Part shown: one piece after another, positions 55,029 to 64,000 of the stretch
Layout of the letters: the number at the start of each line of letters is the position of its first letter
How positions within the stretch are numbered: position 1 is the stretch's first letter
Source of the DNA: an uncultured cyanobacterium
Lineage (GTDB): Bacteria; Cyanobacteriota; Cyanobacteriia; Cyanobacteriales; Cyanobacteriaceae
Length of the DNA stretch: 64,000 nucleotides
NCBI GenBank assembly: GCA_963749915.1
Contig: CAVVOP010000021.1
Location: 1 to 64,000 of the forward strand
Reading direction: 5' to 3'
Made by a program: the position numbers and the translations under genes
Notes under the pieces: model-generated
Database searches by the model: none
Seen by the model: only the letters and a program-made list of their open reading frames with translations
What the model was told of the DNA's origin: nothing

Positions 55029-55078
55029 TGAGTATTCTCCTGTTGGTTATTAATGAGTATTCTCCTGTTGGTTATTAA
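55029..55078. repeat. Exact 25-bp tandem duplication covering the glgP RBS
   Basis: TGAGTATTCTCCTGTTGGTTATTAA at 55029-55053 and 55054-55078. Confidence 0.92.
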
Positions 55079-55125
55079 ATAGATGGTTAGGGGAACTTTT
55101 AACTTCTGTAAGGGCTGAACATTGT

Positions 55126-56157
55126 TCAGCCCCTACTTCTGACTTCTGACTTCTGACTTCCGCTATAAGCCACCTCATTTTTCAAAGGCTGACCTCGCTC
55201 AAAATCGGTAATATTGGAGAGAGTGGTGTCGGCGATCGCCGCTAGGGCATTGCGGGTAAAAAATCCTTGGTGGGAGGTGATCACCACATTGGGAAAGGAT
55301 TGCAGTAGTTGAAAGGTGTCATCCTGAATAATATTGTCAGAGTGATCTTCAAAGAAGAGATCGTCTTCCCGCTCGTACACATCAATGCCGAGGTAGCCAA
55401 TTTTGCCCGACTTAATCCCCTCGATCACCGCACCTGTATCAATCAAACCACCCCGACTGGTGTTAATGAGCATAACACCCGACTTCATTTGCTCAATAGT
55501 CTTCCCATTGATTAAATGATGAGTTTCGGGTAACAAAGGACAATGGAGCGAGATGAGATCCGAGTTAGCTAAGAGTTCTGGCAGTGGAACATAATGAGCA
55601 TTGCCAATCTCCGCAAACTGAGGGTTAGGGTAGGCATCGTAGCCGAGCAAGGAAGTACCAAACCCCTGCATGATTCGGGCGAACACCATGCCAATTTTGC
55701 CCGTACCGATGATGCCTACCGTACAGCCATAGAGATCAAATCCCAACAGACCTTCCAGGGAGAAGTTATCATCCCGAACACGGTTGTAGGCTTTGTACAT
55801 TTTGCGGTTCAGGGTCAGCACCAAGGCAACGGCGTGTTCAGCAACGGCGTAGGGAGAATAGGCAGGCACCCGCACCACTTTGATCCCTAACTCCGCTGCC
55901 CGTTTCAAATCGACGGTGTTGAACCCAGCAGACCGCAGTGCCAGCAGACGAGTTCCCCGGGAGGCGAGAATATCCAGTGTTGCCGCATCCGCAATATCGT
56001 TGACAAACATACACACCGCTGGAAACTCCGTTGCCAGTAAGGCGGTGTTGGGGTTTAGTTGTACGTCAAAAAACGTCAGTTCGTGACGATAGTTGGCATT
56101 CGCCCCTTCAAAGGACTGGCGATCGTAGGTTTTGGTGCTAAAAAAAGCGACTTTCAT
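55126..56157 (-). CDS. ldhA: D-lactate dehydrogenase (D-2-hydroxyacid dehydrogenase)
   Basis: RVPAYSP.AVAEH, GTGKIG, NTSRG and DVYE motifs. The QKSEVRS tail is encoded by ACTTCTG repeats (55135-55160). Confidence 0.9.
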   Translation of the reverse strand: MKVAFFSTKTYDRQSFEGANANYRHELTFFDVQLNPNTALLATEFPAVCMFVNDIADAATLDILASRGTRLLALRSAGFNTVDLKRAAELGIKVVRVPAYSPYAVAEHAVALVLTLNRKMYKAYNRVRDDNFSLEGLLGFDLYGCTVGIIGTGKIGMVFARIMQGFGTSLLGYDAYPNPQFAEIGNAHYVPLPELLANSDLISLHCPLLPETHHLINGKTIEQMKSGVMLINTSRGGLIDTGAVIEGIKSGKIGYLGIDVYEREDDLFFEDHSDNIIQDDTFQLLQSFPNVVITSHQGFFTRNALAAIADTTLSNITDFERGQPLKNEVAYSGSQKSEVRSRG

Positions 56158-56183
56158 AACGTAAGCTCCCAATGGACATAATG

Positions 56184-57767
56184 TTACTGAGTAGAAACCA
56201 AGAGGTTGGAGGGCTTGCCGCGATCGCCTTGCAAGTTGATGCCCCGCCGATTCGCTGCCAGATGACGCAGGATTTTGTAAACAGTTTCAATCTGGTCGGC
56301 TGCTCCCGCTTTTTCTGCCAGTGCGCTTAATTTCATTGGTTCAGAACCACTCTTGAGGATTGCTAGAACCCGTCGCTGTAAATCCAAAACCGAGGCAGCT
56401 GCTTTTTTCCCTGCTTCCACCCCTGGTTGGTGATAGGCGTTAACATTCACCAGAGAAGCATATAGCCCCACTGCCCGTTCATAGAGTGCGATCAAAGCTC
56501 CCACAGTGCGAGGATTGACCTGGGGAATGGTGACGGTGATGGAGTCCCGATGATTCTCATACAGTGCCTGTCGTGTTCCCTGCAAAAAGCCGGAGAGAAA
56601 ATCCCCAGAAGTCGCTTCCGGCTCTACTTCGATCGATGCTCCCTCCCGGTCTTCCAGCACCTCAATAAACGTGGCAAAGAAGTTGGGAATCCCTTCCCTC
56701 AGTTGTTGCACGTAGGCGTGCTGGTCAGTGGAGCCTTTATTCCCGTAAACCGCAATTCCTTGATGCACTGTGTTACCATCGAGATCCTTTTCCTTACCAA
56801 TGGACTCCATCACCAACTGTTGCAGGTAGCGAGAGAATAACAACAAACTGTCTTTGTAGGGTAGCATCACCATATCTTTTTCGCCTTTGCCATTCCCCCC
56901 CGCATACCAAGCAAGGGCTAACAGGGCTGCTGGATTATTTTTGATATCAGGCTCACGGGTTACCTCATCCATTTCCTTCGCACCGGCTAAGAGCGATCGG
57001 ATGTCAATGCCTAGCAGGGACGCTGACAACAGCCCTACCGCAGACATTTCTGAGGTGCGTCCTCCCACCCAATCGTACATGGGAAACTCGGCTAACCAGC
57101 CTTCCATTCGCTCCAGTTCGTCCATTTTGCTACCTAGGACGGTTATGGCAACCGCGTGGGAGGGAAAATCTAAGCCCTGTTGTTCGTAGGCGTGCTTCAC
57201 TTCCAGCATTCCATTGCGGGTTTCGGGGGTGCCACCAGATTTGCTGGCAATGATGATCAGAGTACTTTTGAGACGATCTTTAAGGCGGTTAAGCACACGA
57301 TCGATCCCGGCAGGATCGGTGTTGTCGATGAAATGAATCCCCATGGTGGGAAAATCGGGAGCTAGTGCCTCGGCGACAAACTCTGGTCCTAGGGCAGAAC
57401 CACCAATGCCGATGGAGAGAATATCGGTGAATTTTGTCGCTGACGGTGGGTGAATTGTCCCGTCGTGAACCTTTTGGGTAAAGGCTTCAATTTGTTCCAA
57501 GGTTTCCACGATTTCTTTTTTGAGCTGTACTGGAGCGAGGTCAGGGTCACGCAACCAGTAATGCCCCACCATGCGGTTTTCGTCGGGGTTGGCGATCGCA
57601 CCTGCCTCTAGTGCCTCCATGTTCTTAAACGCCTTGGTAAACTTCGGCTTCAGGGTCTTAACCAGTTCGTCGTCAAACCGTATTCGGCTTATGTCCAGAT
57701 ACAAGTCCAAGCCTTCGTAGTAGTAGAGCCATTTTTCATAGCGTTGCCAGAGTTTCTTGGTATTCAT
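56184..57767 (-). CDS. pgi: Glucose-6-phosphate isomerase
   Basis: [20 protein letters not shown] and QPGVEAGK motifs. Confidence 0.97.
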   Translation of the reverse strand: MNTKKLWQRYEKWLYYYEGLDLYLDISRIRFDDELVKTLKPKFTKAFKNMEALEAGAIANPDENRMVGHYWLRDPDLAPVQLKKEIVETLEQIEAFTQKVHDGTIHPPSATKFTDILSIGIGGSALGPEFVAEALAPDFPTMGIHFIDNTDPAGIDRVLNRLKDRLKSTLIIIASKSGGTPETRNGMLEVKHAYEQQGLDFPSHAVAITVLGSKMDELERMEGWLAEFPMYDWVGGRTSEMSAVGLLSASLLGIDIRSLLAGAKEMDEVTREPDIKNNPAALLALAWYAGGNGKGEKDMVMLPYKDSLLLFSRYLQQLVMESIGKEKDLDGNTVHQGIAVYGNKGSTDQHAYVQQLREGIPNFFATFIEVLEDREGASIEVEPEATSGDFLSGFLQGTRQALYENHRDSITVTIPQVNPRTVGALIALYERAVGLYASLVNVNAYHQPGVEAGKKAAASVLDLQRRVLAILKSGSEPMKLSALAEKAGAADQIETVYKILRHLAANRRGINLQGDRGKPSNLLVSTQ

Positions 57768-57849
57768 ACAAACCTCGTTAATTCGCAGTAAGTGTGCAAA
57801 AGGAAAAATTGATTCAATCTAAACTTGAATTTTTTATCCACCAGCAGAT

Positions 57850-58015
57850 CTGACTTTTCACGGGATCTTTTTCTGCTCTCAGGCGATCGCCAAATTCCCC
57901 CTCTCCAAGCCAGACTCTTTCGTTGTCCATTATCATTAAGCAGAGATTATTGAGAATCAGCCTGGGAGGGAAACCCTTATTTGAACGGGTTTTCAGAAAT
58001 GCCGTGAAAAGTCAG
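57850..58015. mobile_element. 166-bp MITE with a 10-bp TSD (IS4-like)
   Basis: TIR CTGACTTTTCACGG...CCGTGAAAAGTCAG. ACCAGCAGAT at 57840-57849 and 58016-58025. Confidence 0.9.
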
Positions 58016-58094
58016 ACCAGCAGATAAGGGGGCGATTGGGGGAAGGAATCATAGATTCAACGGGGGAACAATCTTGTGTGTTCTAGAATTTGAA

Positions 58095-58559
58095 TTACTG
58101 AAACCCGATGTGGGAGATCGCCCCTAGATATTCGTAGTAGCTGATCTCTCCATCACCATCGCGATCAACTTGTTTCATAATGGTTTTGATTTGCTCGGTA
58201 TTGAGAGGTAAGACCAAGCGATCGGTAATGTTAATCACCTCCTCAAGGGATAGCAGTCCATTCTGGTCGAGGTCTAGTTCGCGGAACTTTTTGAGAATGC
58301 CGAATATTGGTTCAGCTACAACCATAAATTCTTCAAAATCAACGTATCCGTCCTTGTCAGCATCTACAGCTTCAAACTTCTTTGTCAGACGTATCTTCTC
58401 CTTTGCCAGGGCGAAGTTGAGATATTCGTCGATCTCGATTGTGCCGTCTTGGTTTGAGTCAAGTTGCGTAAACATCTGGACGATGGAGGCCAACTTTTCC
58501 TCTGGGATTAGTGCCTTAACCTCTTCTGATATTTCAAATTTTAATTTGTCGTCATTCAT
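58095..58559 (-). CDS. Calmodulin-like protein with four EF-hands
   Basis: Loops DSNQDGTIEIDE, DADKDGYVDFEE, DLDQNGLLSLEE and DRDGDGEISYYE. Confidence 0.93.
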   Translation of the reverse strand: MNDDKLKFEISEEVKALIPEEKLASIVQMFTQLDSNQDGTIEIDEYLNFALAKEKIRLTKKFEAVDADKDGYVDFEEFMVVAEPIFGILKKFRELDLDQNGLLSLEEVINITDRLVLPLNTEQIKTIMKQVDRDGDGEISYYEYLGAISHIGFQ

Positions 58560-58629
58560 CAGTTAATCTCTCAATCTCATTTGTTAGGATGGTTGTTTGT
58601 TACTTTTTCAGGTTTTACGGTAAGCAGAG

Positions 58630-60048
<1,419 letters not shown>

Positions 60049-60087
60049 TCATCGGCGACCCTGATTAAATTCCTAAGCCCGACCTGG

Positions 60088-60291
60088 ACCTGAGTGAACT
60101 GTAAGAAAGCTTTAAAAATAAGGGTTTAAGAGTGATAACTGACCAAATTTTCTCTCCCAAAAAGAATTAAGTTTAGTAAATAATTGCTTAAAATCAATTT
60201 TGATACATTTTACATCGATTATAAACACTACTCCCTGCTCGCCTGCTCCCTACTCCCTACCCTAACAAGTAACTTTATATCGAACTCAGGT
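60088..60291. mobile_element. 204-bp MITE-like element with ACCTGAGT ends (IS982-like)
   Basis: ACCTGAGT...ACTCAGGT. Flanks GACCTGG / GACCTAG match at 6 of 7 positions. Internal CTACTCC-type repeats. Confidence 0.65.
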
Positions 60292-60450
60292 GACCTAGGG
60301 ATCTAGATTTTGAAGTAAGACAAACACTACCCTGTCATAAAAACTCCTCATCCGACATTATAAGACTCGATTATTAAGGACTTATAATCATTGAGTCAAG
60401 AAAAGGTTAAGAAGCTGAAATTTGCCGAAAATTTCTCTATCTCTCTTCAT

Positions 60451-60774
60451 TTAGAAAGGAATATCATCATCGTCAAAATCCTCAACTTGAGGGCGGTTGA
60501 CAATCTTAATATCAGGGGTTTTCGTTTCAATCAAGACAATTTCACCGTTAAGACTTTTCGCTAAATTTTCTGCTGCATTTTTGGCACTGAGATTCCTATT
60601 TTTTTGAATAGATGTCGGTGTTTCAAATGCAGAAACGGGAGGTTTATTATTGGGTTGTCTTAGGGGAATTACATTATTTATTGGTGGATTATTTTGGATA
60701 TTATTAGAAGTAGGTTGGCGAGATTCACTAGGTTTTGTCTCGGAAATATTTTCCTTAGATTCTTCTTTATTTGA
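60451..60774 (-). pseudogene. Orphan 3' end of a gene resembling the cyanobacterial DnaX tail
   Basis: Open frame without a start, ending AAENLAKSLNGEIV..EDFDDDDIPF*, cut at an IS end. Confidence 0.5.
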
Positions 60775-60776
60775 CT

Positions 60777-61378
60777 ACGTGATGTGCAACTAAAATTAAG
60801 CTGACACTAAAGTTTCAAACTGTAAGATATTTTCATTCTCACGATTGAGCCAGCAACAAACAGTATGTGCTAAAAGTTTGCGGTTTATTCTACTTGTTAA
60901 ATGCCACATATCCCTTGCCCAAATTTTTTCCAGATTAAATCGCTCAACTAATTGTCCAATTACTGTCTCTATCAAACGACGTACTTTCATCAACATTTTT
61001 ACCCACGACTGAGGACGAGTATCTTTCATATTGTTTCGCAATGCTGTTTCCAATTCAATGCCATTACGAATAAGTTCTTCCCCTAATTGCTCACTTATAT
61101 ACCCTTTATCACCAATGAGTAAACCTTTTATTCCTTTGACTAAATCCCATAATGCCTCACGTTCATCACCATTAGCTGGAGTCAAAGTTAGACCTGTGAT
61201 GATTCCCTGACCACTAATAATTAAATGTCCATGAAAACCATAATAGGTCTCCTTTTTACCAGCACAATAGCCATAATTGGCTTCACTCACAAAACTACGA
61301 CATCTTGGAGCTCTACTAAAACAACACAACGGAATGGGAATACCATCAATTATATGAAGATGATCTTGAAAACCATTC
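60777..61378 (-). mobile_element. IS982-family remnant (3' half of transposase plus one terminus)
   Basis: IIDGIP, YYGFHGH, GDKGYIS and RRLIETV motifs. End ACGTGATGTGCAACTAA at 60777. Confidence 0.82.
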
Positions 61379-61492
61379 ATTTGGCCAGCTAACTTTTGAA
61401 GTAATCTCAATTGTGTTTTATTGCCATCTACTAATGCTACCCATTTTTTTTCTTTCCCAATGTCACGGGAGATTGCTTCAGCAAACATTTCT
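61379..61492 (-). mobile_element. ISKra4-like transposase fragment fused in frame to the IS982 remnant
   Basis: FAEAISRD..KWVALVDGNKTQL. Confidence 0.6.
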
Positions 61493-62743
61493 GGTTCTGT
61501 CGCAAAAAATCTCAGCCGTCATATAGCATGATAAACTTGAGTAATAATACTCAGGAGTTCCATCTTCTTTATGAATCCCAAAGAACCTTTCAAATGGCGT
61601 CATTTCCAACAAGAGATTATTTGTAAGCGTTCAGGGGGGAACGAAAATATGGTAGTTTAGAGACATGGAAAAAGAGCAACTACTAAAAACGAATTTTTTC
61701 ACCACAGAAGAATGGAATTCGACTCCTCAAGGAGTTAAAAATTTTGTAGTGCAACAAAAATTAAGAATTCAAGAACTGGAAAATGAACAACAAGAATTAA
61801 AGAAGATAGTAGAAAATCTGCAAGAAAAAGTTAATTGTAACTCGAAAAATTCGGGTATTCCACCATCGAGTGAAATAGTTAAACCAGAGAAGAAAAAGGC
61901 GAAGAAAAGAAAGAAAAGAAATAGAGGTGGGCAAATTGGGCATCACGGTTATAGTCGAGAATTATATCCAGAATCCCAATGTCAAAGTACCAAAAACCAC
62001 TTACCAGAAACCTGTAAATGTTGTGGGGAAAAACTTTCAGGTACAGACTCCAATCCCTATCGACACCAAGTAGTGGAAATACCACCGACAGAACTAGAAA
62101 TAGTAGAACATAGGTTACACCAATTGGAATGTAATCATTGTGGAGCAAAAACGAGAGCAAAATTACCTGAAAATGTCTCAGAGAATGGCTATGGTTCAAC
62201 AGTAGTAGCCTTAGTGTCTTTGATGAGTGGGGTATATCGTCATTCTCACCGTATGATTGTGAGTGGGATGTCAGACTTTTTTGGGGTGAAAATGTCATTA
62301 GGAATGGTAAATCGCCTCAGAAATGAAGCCAGTGTAGCGTTGTCATCAGCTGTAGAATCAGCAAAAACTTATATTCAATCATTTGATGGCACAAGAGAAA
62401 AAGTTGTTCAGGTTGTGGCGAAGAGTCAGAGATGGAACTTTAAGTAGAAAGGAATTTCAATTGTTAGTATCACCAATTAGGAGTCGTGTTCAAGAACTAT
62501 TGACAGAAACAGCCGCATTTGAGATTGGTTCAAGGGAAAAAACTCCTTGGGCGAAAACGGTGCGTACTTGCCGACAATTGTTGAAAAGTGTTTTAGAGTT
62601 TATCAAGGACAAGTAGAAGGAGTCAATAAGAAGGATGTAATCGGACAAAAAAACTTCGTTGAGTCTCTCTTTGGGATTGCTGTCTAAAAAATCAGATGTT
62701 TACAGGAGTATTATCTTTGTCTAAACTTTTTTGCGACAGAACC
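61493..62743 (+). mobile_element. IS6-family shell interrupted by IS66
   Basis: TIR GGTTCTGTCGCAAAAAA / TTTTTTGCGACAGAACC. N-terminus MNPKEPFKWRHFQQEII at 61571. C-terminus GQVEG..FVESLFGIAV* near 62610-62686. Confidence 0.8.
61623..62590 (+). mobile_element. IS66-family remnant with an internally deleted transposase
   Basis: Left end GTAAGCGTTCAG. NSKNSGIPPSS, GGQIGH.G, CKCCG..RHQVVEIP..CNHCG. Jumps to a later segment (62383-62616 ORF). Confidence 0.85.
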
Positions 62744-63073
62744 AGAGGCAAAGGCAACGTGAGTTGAAGAGGATGGGATTGCTCTTGGCTTAACTGGTAA
62801 GTATCAATTTTCATCACGAACACCAGCGCAAACTTGATATCTTTACTTTAAAGTAAATTTAACCAATTGTAAATAAATTAAAGTATTAAGGTATCAACAA
62901 TCAGCAATTACACTATAAGATTATTTTAGATTTTGGATTTTGGATTGGTGATTTATTAATCTTGAATCCTAAGTAATAAAAGTGATTAATTAATTCTCTT
63001 CTGAGAAACAAAAATCAATTTAATCCAACGAAAAATTAAAAATTGAGGGTTTAATTGTCAGAATTTATCTTAA

Positions 63074-63475
63074 CTAAATAAATAATCCTGCATCTACATT
63101 AAAAAACTCGCCTAATGATTTTGCTTGAGTTTTACTAATATTTCTTTTACCATTAACGACTTCGGACACCACACCTTTTGAGCCAATAATACCAACTAAA
63201 TCACTTTGTTTAATGTTTTTTTGTTCCATCAAAAATAATAATAGAGAATGTGGCTCAGAAAATTGTCCACAATGATAATATTCCTGTTCAAATTTTCCGA
63301 CTAAAATAATCAGTAATTCATAGAGTTCATTTTCTTCAGGAGTACGATCTTTTTTGTGCATTAATTCCTCAATTATTTTGAGTGCTTCTTCATTTTCTCT
63401 TTCTGTTTTAATTAATTTAGGTTGATATTTATCTAAGAGTTGTTTGTATTTATCAGGGTTAAAAGTAAGGGTCAT
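63074..63475 (-). CDS. higA: HigA-like HTH antitoxin
   Basis: P..IKTE.ENE.AL and QSDL..IGSKGVVSEVVNGKR motifs. Confidence 0.9.
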   Translation of the reverse strand: MTLTFNPDKYKQLLDKYQPKLIKTERENEEALKIIEELMHKKDRTPEENELYELLIILVGKFEQEYYHCGQFSEPHSLLLFLMEQKNIKQSDLVGIIGSKGVVSEVVNGKRNISKTQAKSLGEFFNVDAGLFI

Positions 63476-63758
63476 TTTTCCATTGGTTTTTATCATAATC
63501 GGCGTGAGTCAGAATATATTTGAGATAAATTAACTGATGCTCATAATCAATACTAACAATTAGTCTATACTTGTTTCCTTTGATATTGAATACGGTAAAA
63601 TTACCCACAGCTTCGGCGGAAGGAAAAACTGATTGAACTTCGATTAAATTACTCCAATTCGCTTTACTGGCAATTTTATACCAATTATCTAATACAGATC
63701 TACTAGAAGTATATTTTTGAGTAAACTCTCTGATTTTTCAATAACTGATAACATGCAT
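63459..63758 (-). pseudogene. higB: HigB toxin with a nonsense codon at position 7
   Basis: Manual translation MHVISY*KIREF..VFNIKGNKYRLIV..THADYDKNQWKNDPYF*. TGA at 63740-63738. Confidence 0.9.
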
Positions 63759-64000
63759 TAATTAAGATACTGTTTCTGATGGCTTGGTTCTCATTTTGAA
63801 AGCTATTTAATTTTATTTTAACCGAATAAAGTAACATTTTTCCCTAAATTGCCATCAGTAATTTTCTCGTTCTAACGGATTTTGTGGGTAGGGGATTTTA
63901 GCAGTGATCGCCTACTGATACTGTTGGCGAACTTAACAAAAAGGCTAAAAGAAGAAATCCAGCTGTAAATTTTTCGTTGATGAGAGAATCAGATTTAGTT

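Noticed and set aside
63800..64000. Gene at the right edge of the window
   Set aside because: No convincing frame or motif in the available sequence.

Overview
Cyanobacterial chromosome segment, identified by frequent HIP1 GCGATCGC octamers, psbY and a tmRNA with tag ANNIVPFARKAAPVAA. It is a mosaic of five blocks. (1) 1-18.3 kb: a surface-glycan locus with several GT2s, wzm/wzt, a GT2-NodS-like methyltransferase-NodB-like deacetylase fusion, an acyltransferase, an ArnT-like GT, a frameshifted beta-helix gene and an inserted toxin-like gene pair. (2) 18.4-30.75 kb: a visibly GC-richer minus-strand operon for a V/A-type ATPase, with ppk2 embedded between subunits B and D and headed by a P-type cation ATPase that carries an in-frame TGA. 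(3) 31-42.3 kb: AT-rich housekeeping backbone (ssrA, hemB, mnmE, psbY, ispE). (4) 44.1-60 kb: a second GC-richer minus-strand cluster for glycogen-to-lactate catabolism (eno, 4xEF-hand protein, pgi, ldhA, glgP, doubly deleted gap, pyk, transketolase-like, ppk1, glgX). (5) 60-64 kb: nested IS debris, a dnaX-like 3' remnant and a higBA pair with an inactivated toxin. The best candidate for an undescribed system is blocks 2 and 4 read together, as a polyphosphate-, Ca2+- and fermentation-coupled ion-pumping energy module; this is inference. Three different MITEs with recognisable target-site duplications are also present. All calls come from reading motifs by eye. No searches or GC computations were run.
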